32,000 nucleotides of DNA from Synechococcus sp. A15-24 (GCF_014280195.1 NZ_CP047960.1:1230001-1262000), one strand, 5' to 3'; shown: positions 7,815 to 15,983, counted from the stretch's first letter. Notes: generated by a model from the letters alone, not told the origin. Numbers and translations: made by a program.

Positions 7815-8132
7815 ATGAATCATTCGGCTCAGGTTCTTGTTCTGTTGAGTTCGCTCCTCCAGGGGGTCGCTCTGGCCAACACCACGTCAAGAGAGCAGCA
7901 GTCGGTGATCGCACGCTGGACCGGTGAAAACATCTGCAAGATGGGCACCGAACGGTTCTACGCACTGCCAGAGGACGACGTCCGCAAGCTTTTTGAAAGC
8001 CAGACGTCCATGCGGTACGACGACATCCCGTTGAACCCAAGCGAATCAGAACGCAACAGAATCACGTCTCAACTCACCGGTTACATCTCTGCCGTTTGCC
8101 CAGGAGAACTGGAAAATTATCGGAAACTGTGA
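7815..8132 (+). CDS. secreted hypothetical protein
   Basis: ATG 7815 gives signal peptide MNHSAQVLVLLSSLLQGVALA. The remainder is protein-like. Confidence 0.7.
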   Translation: MNHSAQVLVLLSSLLQGVALANTTSREQQSVIARWTGENICKMGTERFYALPEDDVRKLFESQTSMRYDDIPLNPSESERNRITSQLTGYISAVCPGELENYRKL

Positions 8133-8184
8133 TCCGCTCCACGTTGATGCGTGATGGTCAGTCCAGTGCAATTCAGGTGCTGAA

Positions 8185-8355
8185 CTACTCGTCTTGCTGG
8201 TCCGCGTCCAGACCAAGGCAGGCCTGCTTGTCGACCTGACACAACAACTGCATCAGGTTCTGGCGATCCACGGCAGAGAGTTCCCCACTGGTTTCCCACT
8301 TCAAGCAGGTGCGTCGCTGACAGCTTCCTGTGTGGCCCTTAAGAACTTCAAACAT
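8185..8355 (-). CDS. hypothetical small protein (56 aa)
   Basis: Sub-cutoff ORF with a strong SD (AAGGAGG, 5 nt before the ATG). MFEVLKGHTGSCQRRTCLKWETSGELSAVDRQNLMQLLCQVDKQACLGLDADQQDE. Confidence 0.55.
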   Translation of the reverse strand: MFEVLKGHTGSCQRRTCLKWETSGELSAVDRQNLMQLLCQVDKQACLGLDADQQDE

Positions 8356-8462
8356 GGCAGCCTCCTTTGGCTGATGTCTGGACTCTTACGCCAAAACAAC
8401 ACAACGAATCAAGAGCATGAATACCCATCAATGTGCAGTGTGTCGGCTCCGGAGCCAGCCCG

Positions 8463-8681
8463 TCAGGAGTTGTGAAGTTGCAGGAGAAGTTTGGCCGCCA
8501 GGCCTCTGGACAGGCGACGGTTCACCAACAGATCACAGATCCAATCAAACAGAGGCGGTGCATCATCCACCTGGGCCAAACGCTGTTCGAGCTCTTTCAG
8601 TTCCTGAACGTGCCTACAGCCCCGCAAGGCATCGATCAGGGTGTCCTCGGTCGGCTTGCCAGACATTGGGGTTCCGACCAT
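8463..8681 (-). CDS. hypothetical small protein
   Basis: 72-aa track ORF with an alternative ATG at 8666 (MSGKPTEDTLIDALRGCRHVQELKELEQRLAQVDD..). Confidence 0.55.
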   Translation of the reverse strand: MVGTPMSGKPTEDTLIDALRGCRHVQELKELEQRLAQVDDAPPLFDWICDLLVNRRLSRGLAAKLLLQLHNS

Positions 8682-8808
8682 CTCGGTCCTGTTGCACCTT
8701 CATGATTGCTACGTCATGGAGGTGCTGTTTGTCACCAGATGGGGGTAGGGCCACAGGCCTGAATCGGTTGATGCTCAAACTGCGATGCCCTGATCGAAGA
8801 TCGCACCC

Positions 8809-9699
8809 ATGACGGCATCACTGGAGATCAGACCCTTTCAGGAGACGGACCTGGACTTCGTCAGGCAACTGGCACGTCAGGAGGATTTTGCTCCTGGCAT
8901 TGGGGACATCGCGATTTATGCCAACACGGCGAATCAAGGGGTATGGCTGGCCTGGCAGGGCGATATGCCCGTGGGATGCATCGCTGCCGTGAAATACAAC
9001 CCTGATTACGGCTTCATGGGTCTGTTTGTGGTGCACCCCGACCATCGCGGCGGTGGAGTGGGCAGGCAGCTCTGGGATCACGCTCTGGCATCACTCGCAG
9101 ATGTGACGTGCATCGGACTGGAAGCCGCACCATCAATGGTGGAGTTCTACCAACGTCAGGGCTTCCGAAAGGATTCGATCACCACGCGCAGGCAACATCT
9201 GCGCCTTGAAGAGTCATCGCAACACCCCACACGGCGATTGCTGCATCGCAACGACATCACGATTGTTCCGCTCAAGGCCATCTCACTGGATGCGGTGCAG
9301 GCCTATGACGAACGTCATGAAATCAGCCCGCGGCCCCACTTCCTCCAACAGTGGCTGAATCACCAGGCTGGTGATGTCTTCGTCGCCATGGACGGCAGCC
9401 ATCAGTGCCATGGCTATGTCCGCATCCGTCCATGCCTGCTGCCCATTGGCCAAGGCTGGAGAATCGGTCCATTGCTGGCAGAAGAGCCCGGGATCGCATC
9501 CTTGCTGCTGAGCAACGCCATGGATCGGCACAAAGGAATTATCCTCATCGACACCCCAGGCCATAATCGATCAGCCCGAACCGTTGCAGGGGCTAAAGGA
9601 TTTCGAAGCATGGGGGCAACCCATCGGATGTACAAAGGCGACCTTGACAATGGCCACGACCAGAACATCTACGGCCTGGCTTGCCTGGAATTGGGCTGA
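8809..9699 (+). CDS. GNAT family N-acetyltransferase with C-terminal YitH-like domain
   Basis: 296 aa. Acetyl-CoA motif HPDHRGGGVGRQLW, then FYQRQGF. Confidence 0.9.
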   Translation: MTASLEIRPFQETDLDFVRQLARQEDFAPGIGDIAIYANTANQGVWLAWQGDMPVGCIAAVKYNPDYGFMGLFVVHPDHRGGGVGRQLWDHALASLADVTCIGLEAAPSMVEFYQRQGFRKDSITTRRQHLRLEESSQHPTRRLLHRNDITIVPLKAISLDAVQAYDERHEISPRPHFLQQWLNHQAGDVFVAMDGSHQCHGYVRIRPCLLPIGQGWRIGPLLAEEPGIASLLLSNAMDRHKGIILIDTPGHNRSARTVAGAKGFRSMGATHRMYKGDLDNGHDQNIYGLACLELG

Positions 9700-9710
9700 G
9701 GCACGGTGAA

Positions 9711-10397
9711 TCAAATCTGAACCATGCCGCAACGCATTCCCTTCAACACATCCTGCACTCTGTTGTTCACCTCCAACGTGCGCAACAGGCGCTTGGTGTA
9801 GGTGCGAGCGGTTTCTTCCGTCACCACAAGATCTTCAGCAATGTCGCGATCAGACATGCCGCGGGCAAGCCGATCCAACACCTCATATTCGCGAGGTGTG
9901 AGCCTCGGGCAGCTCAGATAGGGAAGCTCATCAGACCGCAACGATGGGCTGCGGTAGGAGTGATGTCCCATCACCGCCAACACGGCCGCTTCCAGGGGTT
10001 TGCGGTCTTCGATGATGTCGGCTTCAGCGACAACAGCTTCCAGCCAGGGCGCGCTGTCGTATTCCACAGGGATGGCATCACTCAAAGCGAGCACAACAAC
10101 CTTCAGATCCGGTTGGTGCTCACGCGCTTTGCGCACCAGCTCAAAGCCGTTACCGCGCTCCAGTAAATCCGTACAAAGGAGAAACTCGAATGTGTCTTGT
10201 TTGAGGTAATCCAAGCAGGACACTTCATCGGTCACGGCACAACCGATCTGGGCACGTTCAGTCAGACTTTCACAGAAGCAACGCAGGAAGAAACGGCCCT
10301 TCATCGCCAAGGCAATCTTTCCGGTCATCGCAACTGACAACAACGGCTCGTCGTTCAGCTTCTTTGGTTGCTGTTGGAGATATGGCGTCAGATCCAT
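9711..10397 (-). CDS. LuxR/NarL-family transcriptional regulator with degenerate receiver-like N-domain
   Basis: C-terminal HTH: LTPREYEVLDRLARGMSDRDIAEDLVVTEETARTYTKRL. The N-domain has a receiver-like fold pattern but lacks the N-terminal acidic pair and the conserved Lys. Confidence 0.85.
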   Translation of the reverse strand: MDLTPYLQQQPKKLNDEPLLSVAMTGKIALAMKGRFFLRCFCESLTERAQIGCAVTDEVSCLDYLKQDTFEFLLCTDLLERGNGFELVRKAREHQPDLKVVVLALSDAIPVEYDSAPWLEAVVAEADIIEDRKPLEAAVLAVMGHHSYRSPSLRSDELPYLSCPRLTPREYEVLDRLARGMSDRDIAEDLVVTEETARTYTKRLLRTLEVNNRVQDVLKGMRCGMVQI

Positions 10398-10460
10398 GCC
10401 GAGAGCTGCTCCCTCTGCCCATCCTTGCCAGGCCGAGGAAGCATTCCGGAAACGCCGTTG

Positions 10461-10678
10461 TCAGTCGTCATAGACGCGACATTCAGGGGCATCTGGATTG
10501 AGATCGCAATGCACCTCAAGCGAGGTGGGATCTTTTTGATCACCGGGGTGATGGCTGCGGTAGGTCTCAAGGCCTTCGAGTTCCGTGGCGTAGTGACGCA
10601 CCTTGGCTGATCGCCACTGGCTTCCGCTCGCGCCAACTGCTCACGGTCCTTGGCGATGTGGGTTTCGATCGTGTCCAT
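10461..10678 (-). pseudogene. cp12: CP12-like protein (C-terminal Cys-pair type), reading frame interrupted by a 1-nt frameshift
   Basis: Frame A gives MDTIETHIAKDREQLARAEASGDQ. The next frame gives AKVRHYATELEGLETYRSHHPGDQKDPTSLEVHCDLNPDAPECRVYDD-stop, the CP12 C-terminal signature. The total span is 218 nt, one short of a multiple of three. Confidence 0.7.
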
Positions 10679-10825
10679 CCAGGATTCAACAACTCGGGTG
10701 CATCCAACCTCCACACAGCCCCAGCTCACTACCCCCATCCGGGGACAGCAGAACTGTCCCCAAATGGGAGGCGATGGAATACACCCAGCCAGCGCACACT
10801 GACGCCACCAAAACGACGCTGCAGC

Positions 10826-11023
10826 ATGACCACAGCAAGCCTGAGAATCGGTGAACTTGAAGCGAACTATGCGCTGTACTGCAAAGCCCTGAAGATCCTG
10901 ATCCGACAAGGCAAAACCAGTGCGGAATTGCATCGCACCATCTGCTGGAATCGCCTCGGTTTGCTTCACCGATCACTGCCTCGGCAGTACAAGTCGCCTG
11001 AGCGACTGATGTTGATGATTTAG
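10826..11023 (+). CDS. hypothetical small protein (65 aa)
   Basis: ATG 10826 within track ORF 10658-11023 (MTTASLRIGELEANYALYCKALKILIRQGKTSAELHRTICW..). Confidence 0.45.
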   Translation: MTTASLRIGELEANYALYCKALKILIRQGKTSAELHRTICWNRLGLLHRSLPRQYKSPERLMLMI

Positions 11024-11317
11024 ACCGATCTTTCCAACAATGGCTCTGTTTAGGAGTCGTTGTTCAGATGGAACTCAACGACGACGGCGCTTGATGATGG
11101 CTGGCTTCAACGGGCAGGCCAGGGCATGAAACGGTTGATGCTTGCCTTCCAGGATCATCGTGCCGATTGGATAGGCGTGGGCGAGTTCGAGCTTCATGGG
11201 TTTAGCAACTCGCAGGATCAACGTCCTGCTACAGGCTCACGATGCCTCGCAGCTGAGTAATCGACTACCCCAATTCGCCGAGTCAGGAACATCTACTCAG
11301 TGCCTGAAAGCGGCAGA

Positions 11318-12028
11318 TCAGGAATCAAGCGGGTCGATCAAGCCATAGAGCAGGGCGGTGACGGCCATCTGAGTGCGGTCGCGGGCACCGAGCTTGTCCA
11401 TGGCATTGCCCACATGGGTTTTCACCGTTTCCAGGGAGATGCCCAGCAGATCAGCGATGGCATTGTTATCGAGGCCACGGGCCACGGCTGCCGCCACATC
11501 CAGCTCGCGCTGGGTGAGATCCTCCACCAACGGCGGCAGATCAGGCTGCGGTGCTGCCACCGCCAGCCGGCGGATCTCCGCGGGGTAATAGACGCCACCC
11601 TCAGCGATGGTGTGCAGGGCAGCGATCAGATCACCACGGCCCGTGCCCAGGGTTGATTTGAAGATCACCCGATCGGCGAAGGCATCCAGCGCCTCCCGCA
11701 CCAGGGCCTTGGTTTCCCGTTCCAGCACGATCAGCAGCTGGCAGGTGGGCAGCTCCGCCTTCACGCGTTTGAGCAACACCGGGCCGTAGCCGGTTTCCAG
11801 ATCCGAGCTGCAGATCAGCAGATCCGGCTGGGTGCGCAGCACCAGCTCAACACCTTCGTCTTCTGTGGTGGCAGCACCCACCAGGGACGGCTGGATTGGT
11901 TCTGCGATCGTCAGGGCGCTGAGGGTGAGCCGATCACCAAACACCAGCACAAGGCGCCTGTGTTCGAGCAGCTCGGCGGCCTGGGCGATCGCCTCCTGGG
12001 TGGTGCGGGAATCGAGCCGGAGTTCCAT
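11318..12028 (-). CDS. LuxR/NarL-family response-regulator-like transcription factor (atypical receiver)
   Basis: HTH: LTQRELDVAAAVARGLDNNAIADLLGISLETVKTHVGNAMDKLG. The receiver-like N-domain keeps a candidate Asp (LLICSSDLE) and Lys (VIFKS), but has GD instead of DD and no Thr/Ser. Confidence 0.85.
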   Translation of the reverse strand: MELRLDSRTTQEAIAQAAELLEHRRLVLVFGDRLTLSALTIAEPIQPSLVGAATTEDEGVELVLRTQPDLLICSSDLETGYGPVLLKRVKAELPTCQLLIVLERETKALVREALDAFADRVIFKSTLGTGRGDLIAALHTIAEGGVYYPAEIRRLAVAAPQPDLPPLVEDLTQRELDVAAAVARGLDNNAIADLLGISLETVKTHVGNAMDKLGARDRTQMAVTALLYGLIDPLDS

Positions 12029-12031
12029 GGC

Positions 12032-12535
12032 TCAGTAGAGCTCGAACACGGTTGTTGAACCGTCGTGGGCAATGGCCATCACCGCAAACGGATCCGCCGT
12101 CCTCCCCTTCACCTCCATGCCAGGAGAACCGATCGGCATCCCCGGCACCGCCAGGCCACGGATGTCGGGCCGTTCGGCCAGCAGGCGTTGGATCGATGAT
12201 GCAGGCACATGGCCTTCGATCACATAGCCCTCAACGATGGCGGTGTGGCAGGAGGCCTGGTCCGGCGCGATGCCATTGGCCTGCTTCACACGATCCATGT
12301 CTTCCCGGACCTGATCATTGATGCGAAATCCCGCAGCGGCGATGTGTTCGCCCCACTGGGTGCAACAGCCGCAACTGGCTGAGCGGTAGATGGTCATGGC
12401 CGGTCCTGTCGCCTCGGAAGTGGCCGGCATCACAGATGGGCCCTTGGCATCACCATGGGCCTGCACCGACGCAGGCGAACACAGGAGCAAAGCCGCCAAC
12501 ACAGCGCCACAGGGAGCTAAGACCGTCCACGCCAT
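12032..12535 (-). CDS. DUF411 (CopG-like) periplasmic metal-binding protein
   Basis: Signal peptide, then SCGCCTQW, EGHVP and GLAVPGMPIGSPGME. Its stop lies 3 nt from the LuxR gene start. Confidence 0.85.
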   Translation of the reverse strand: MAWTVLAPCGAVLAALLLCSPASVQAHGDAKGPSVMPATSEATGPAMTIYRSASCGCCTQWGEHIAAAGFRINDQVREDMDRVKQANGIAPDQASCHTAIVEGYVIEGHVPASSIQRLLAERPDIRGLAVPGMPIGSPGMEVKGRTADPFAVMAIAHDGSTTVFELY

Positions 12536-12607
12536 CCCTGATCAACCGCAGCAACAACGCAATTCTCGCGAACGCTGCACGGGCGACAACAGGGGATGGG
12601 CGGAGAG

Positions 12608-12660
12608 ATCCCTCAACTGAGGGATGAAGAGAGACTTCAAGCTCCCTCAATTGAGGGAGC
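12608..12660. promoter_or_regulatory. two related palindromes (candidate operator pair) in a divergent intergenic region
   Basis: ATCCCTCA-ac-TGAGGGAT at 12608-12625 and the perfect 20-bp palindrome GCTCCCTCAATTGAGGGAGC at 12641-12660. Centres are 34 bp apart. Confidence 0.5.
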
Positions 12661-12712
12661 TGATGCTCACGACAGCCTGAGGAGTGCTCTCTTGACCATC
12701 CTCGACACACAA

Positions 12713-13573
12713 ATGCCAAAGGAGCCCGAGGGAAACCAACCCACACCAGTACTAGTCCTCGGCATCGATGCCGCCTGGACGCCCCACAACCCCAGTGGTG
12801 TGGCCCTGGTGCAACGAGCTGCTAATGGATGGCAATGCCTGGCCCTTGCCCCCAGCTACGACAGCTTCCTTGCCATTGCCGCTGGAGAAGCCTGGGACCA
12901 GAGCCGAAAAGCCCAGGGCAGTGAGCCCGATCCCGAAGCGCTGCTGGCGGCCTGCCAACAACTGGCGGGGCAACCCGTGGACTGCGTGTCGGTCGACATG
13001 CCCCTGGCAACGACTCCCATCACCAGCCGTCGCGCCGCCGACACCGCCATCGCCAGCCGCTTCGGACCGAAGGGTTGCGCCGTGCATAGCCCATCAGCAG
13101 AACGCCCCGGTGCCATCGCCGATCAGCTGCGTGAACGCTTCGCCGAACTCGGCGTTGCCCTGCACACCACAACTCCAGCTCGCCAAGGGCCGGCCCTGAT
13201 CGAGTGTTACCCCCATGTGGCCCTGCTGGCCTTGCTCAATCGCGACTACCGCGTGCCCTACAAGGTGAGCCGCTCGGCTCAGTACTGGAAGGCTGAGCGG
13301 CCTCCGATTGCTGAACGGGTCAAGCGTCTGCTCGCTGAGTTCACCGCCATCCACCAGGCCCTCAGCCAGTGCATCAGCGCCATCCCGCTCACCCTGCCCC
13401 AACCCCATGAGGTGAGCACGCTCTCATCGCTCAAGCCCGTGGAAGACATGCTCGATGCCCTGATCTGCGCCTGGATCGGCATCGAACACCTCGAGGGGCG
13501 AACCATTGGCCTGGGTGATGCCACCGCTGCTATCTGGGTGCCGGCATCAGTTTCCGGAGGCACCAGACCATAG
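12713..13573 (+). CDS. DUF429 domain protein (predicted RNase H-like fold)
   Basis: ATG 12713 gives MPKEPEGNQPTPVLVLGIDAAWTPHNPSGVALV.., a typical DUF429 N-terminus. The upstream part of the track ORF runs through the palindromes. Confidence 0.7.
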   Translation: MPKEPEGNQPTPVLVLGIDAAWTPHNPSGVALVQRAANGWQCLALAPSYDSFLAIAAGEAWDQSRKAQGSEPDPEALLAACQQLAGQPVDCVSVDMPLATTPITSRRAADTAIASRFGPKGCAVHSPSAERPGAIADQLRERFAELGVALHTTTPARQGPALIECYPHVALLALLNRDYRVPYKVSRSAQYWKAERPPIAERVKRLLAEFTAIHQALSQCISAIPLTLPQPHEVSTLSSLKPVEDMLDALICAWIGIEHLEGRTIGLGDATAAIWVPASVSGGTRP

Positions 13574-13597
13574 ATGTGAATACAATGTAATCACATC
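13573..13597 (+). promoter_or_regulatory. inverted repeat enclosing a -10-like hexamer upstream of mazE
   Basis: GATGTGA (13573-13579) and TCACATC (13591-13597) flank TACAAT (13581-13586), 14 nt before the mazE start. Confidence 0.4.
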
Positions 13598-13610
13598 AGT
13601 GAACTGTCCC

Positions 13611-13853
13611 GTGGTGCGTGCCAAGTTGGTCAAAATCGGGAACTCCAGAGGAATCCGACTCGCCAAGCCATTGCTTGAAGTTGCAGGGCTCTCAGACGAC
13701 GTCGAAATCGATGCAGCTCCAGGAGTTCTGACCATCAGGCCTTCGTCTCATCCAAGGGCTGGCTGGGCAGAAGCAGCATCCTCGTTTGAACCGGAGGGGC
13801 TGCTCGATGACATGAGCGCCACCCGGTTTGATGACGATGAGTGGACGTGGTAA
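13611..13853 (+). CDS. mazE: AbrB/MazE/SpoVT-family antitoxin
   Basis: GTG 13611 or 13614. VRAKLVKIGNSRGIRLAKPLLEVAGL is the swapped-hairpin SpoVT/AbrB motif, followed by an acidic tail. Confidence 0.85.
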   Translation: MVRAKLVKIGNSRGIRLAKPLLEVAGLSDDVEIDAAPGVLTIRPSSHPRAGWAEAASSFEPEGLLDDMSATRFDDDEWTW

Positions 13854-14182
13854 CAGAAGAACGCGTCTCAAGAGGGGACATCTTCCTCGTTTCGTTGAAT
13901 CCAACCCGTGGATCGGAAATTAGAAGGACCAGGCCGTGTGTCGTCGTGTCTCCAGACGAGCTGAATGCCCATCTCCGGACATTCATCGTTGCACCGCTCA
14001 CAACGGGAGGGCATCCCTACCCCTTCCGGGTGCGTTGCAGGTTTGAGAACAAAGACGGCCAAGTTGTGGCTGAACAGCTGAGGGCTGTTGATCAAGACCG
14101 CCTTGTGAAGCAACTCGGGAGGTTGCCGGAATCAACGTTGAATGAATTGCTTCGTGTTCTACAGGCGATGTTTGCTGTGTAA
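13841..14182 (+). CDS. mazF: PemK/MazF-family endoribonuclease toxin
   Basis: RGDIFLVSLNPTRGSEIRRTRPCVVVSPDELN.. and ..VAPLTT. The GTG start overlaps the mazE stop. Confidence 0.9.
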   Translation: MDVVTEERVSRGDIFLVSLNPTRGSEIRRTRPCVVVSPDELNAHLRTFIVAPLTTGGHPYPFRVRCRFENKDGQVVAEQLRAVDQDRLVKQLGRLPESTLNELLRVLQAMFAV

Positions 14183-14247
14183 AAAGATCTCAACAGTCCT
14201 CGATTGGCCCGCGAGATGCGCAACCGTTCCGCCACCACCAACAAACC

Positions 14248-14658
14248 ATGATCAGCGCCCTGCTCAACATCCTCTGGGTTGTGCTCGGAGGCTTCGTGAT
14301 GGCCCTGGGCTGGTGGCTGGCCGGCCTGCTGTGCGCGATCACGATCATCGGGCTGCCCTGGGCGCGCTCCTGCTTTGTGATCGGCAAATTTTCGCTCTGG
14401 CCGTTCGGGCAGGAAGCAGTGAACCGCGAGGAGCTGAGTGGACGCGGTGATCTCGGCACAGGGCCGCTGGGGCTCATCGGCAACGTGCTCTGGTTTCTGG
14501 TGGCCGGCTGGTGGTTGGCGATCGGCCACCTCAGCTCCGCCCTCGCCTGCTTCGTGAGCATCGTGGGCATTCCTTTCGGGATCCAGCACATCAAGCTGGC
14601 CTTGATCGCGTTGAAACCCGTTGGCATGACAGTCGTGCCGGTGCGGTCGGCGGGTTGA
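14248..14658 (+). CDS. yccF: YccF-domain inner membrane protein
   Basis: Two repeats of the YccF/DUF307 motif (NILWVVLGGFVMALGWW.. and NVLWFLVAGWWLAIGH..). Confidence 0.9.
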   Translation: MISALLNILWVVLGGFVMALGWWLAGLLCAITIIGLPWARSCFVIGKFSLWPFGQEAVNREELSGRGDLGTGPLGLIGNVLWFLVAGWWLAIGHLSSALACFVSIVGIPFGIQHIKLALIALKPVGMTVVPVRSAG

Positions 14659-14664
14659 ACGGGC

Positions 14665-15255
14665 TCAATCCAGCGATGGCGGCGTGAAGGTGTCGGCCAC
14701 CGCCACGATCCAACGGGCAGCGGCGGCCGCCACCTGTTCTTTGGTGACGTTGAACTCCAGGTCGTGGCCCTCGGCGAGCAGATCGGGAATGATCGTCTGC
14801 CAGGCCATGCCGGCGGCACTGGCGTTGAAATCACCGATCAGCACAAAAGCCTTGGCAGCACCGGTCACCGCAGCGGTGTACTCGGGATTGGCCGACACTT
14901 TGCTGCGATACCAGTCGCTCACCTGATCACGCTGGGCCTTGCTCAGAAACGGCGGTGCCCCCACCAGATAGGCATCAAGCACCAGCATCGGGCTGGGCAC
15001 GCTCTGGCCGGGATGCTTGAGCGCAAACCAGGCCTGGCCGATCGAGGCCGCATCGGGCCAATGGCAGATGATCGCGGCGTCCTGACTGTCGAGTGAACGC
15101 TGCGCCGCCAGCGCATCAGCGTTCGAGCAATTCCGGACCAGTGACCGGCGGCTCGGTGCGGGAGTGTTCAGCCCGGGCTTCATTGATCGCCTCAGCCACC
15201 GCCGCTTCGTTCTGCCCCAACTCCTGCAGAGCCCGCTTGAGGTTGGCATCGGCAT
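14665..15255 (-). CDS. hypothetical protein; N-terminal region doubtful, possible frameshift with ORF 15116-15271
   Basis: From about residue 45 onward the sequence is protein-like (ADALAAQRSLDSQDAAIICHWPD...). The first 45 or so residues are Arg-rich and off-frame-like, while the adjacent frame encodes a clean 51-aa segment ending at 15116. Confidence 0.5.
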   Translation of the reverse strand: MPMPTSSGLCRSWGRTKRRWLRRSMKPGLNTPAPSRRSLVRNCSNADALAAQRSLDSQDAAIICHWPDAASIGQAWFALKHPGQSVPSPMLVLDAYLVGAPPFLSKAQRDQVSDWYRSKVSANPEYTAAVTGAAKAFVLIGDFNASAAGMAWQTIIPDLLAEGHDLEFNVTKEQVAAAAARWIVAVADTFTPPSLD

Positions 15256-15301
15256 CGGCGGGACTGGTCAAGGGTGATCGCGCAGGGGTGAATCCACGAT
15301 G

Positions 15302-15706
15302 TCATTGATGATCATCTCGTCGTCGCAGGCGAGCCCCATCCCACGACGCTCTCGACAGGATGTCTCTCAGCTGATCAAGAACAGCTTGCTTTTGATCATT
15401 CCAAGCCCCCTGCTTCACAGTGATCAGATATTCATGTTGAACGCCAGTTCCCCTGATCCGTGAGGCTGCAATCGCCAGGTCGTCGTAACCAACTGGGAAA
15501 GAAACATCGGGAGACAACCCGAGAATGCCCTCAGAAACGAACAGAAGAAAATCAAACAGCACCGGGCTGAAGTATTCGTCATCCGGATTCAGGTCACCGC
15601 ACGACACCATCTGGTCTCTGGTCTGCGGCGTATAGGTCACAAACGAGAAGCACAAAGGATGGCCCGTGTTCTGCAGGTACAAACCTTTGAAACGCTGGCG
15701 ACTCAT
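15302..15706 (-). CDS. hypothetical protein (134 aa)
   Basis: Track ORF in the AT-richer islet. ATGA overlap with the upstream gene. Confidence 0.6.
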   Translation of the reverse strand: MSRQRFKGLYLQNTGHPLCFSFVTYTPQTRDQMVSCGDLNPDDEYFSPVLFDFLLFVSEGILGLSPDVSFPVGYDDLAIAASRIRGTGVQHEYLITVKQGAWNDQKQAVLDQLRDILSRASWDGARLRRRDDHQ

Positions 15707-15948
15707 CGGTGGGATTCCGGATTCATGCCTGGCCTTTGAGCCACATCACTGCTGGCAGGCTGCTTCATCAAGCCAGGGCCAAGGTTGAGATCAGGCTTCA
15801 GCCGTAGGGCCATCCACAGAAGCATGGCGGCACACTCATCATCTGAGGGGCCGTAGTCGTATTGCCAATCCTTCACCATCGCCACGAGCTCATGCTGGGC
15901 ATGGCGGATGAATTCATCAGTCCATTCCTGCATCCCCTTGCCCTCCAC
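15703..15948 (-). CDS. hypothetical protein (81 aa, or 76 aa from MQEWT)
   Basis: Track ORF. Its stop overlaps the downstream gene's start. Confidence 0.55.
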   Translation of the reverse strand: MEGKGMQEWTDEFIRHAQHELVAMVKDWQYDYGPSDDECAAMLLWMALRLKPDLNLGPGLMKQPASSDVAQRPGMNPESHR

Positions 15949-15983
15949 TCAGCGCAAGGCATCAGCGCAAAGCAGACGCCATC

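Noticed and set aside
10388-10969. 193-aa minus-strand ORF spanning the CP12 region
   Set aside because: It is a composite. Only a short stretch (MDTIETHIAKDREQ..) is meaningful, and that belongs to the frameshifted CP12-like gene. The rest is Cys/Trp/Arg-rich noise.
11075-11197. 40-aa minus-strand ORF MKLELAHAYPIGTMILEGKHQPFHALACPLKPAIIKRRRR
   Set aside because: It is plausible in composition but very short, with no SD and no recognisable family. That is not enough to report as a feature.
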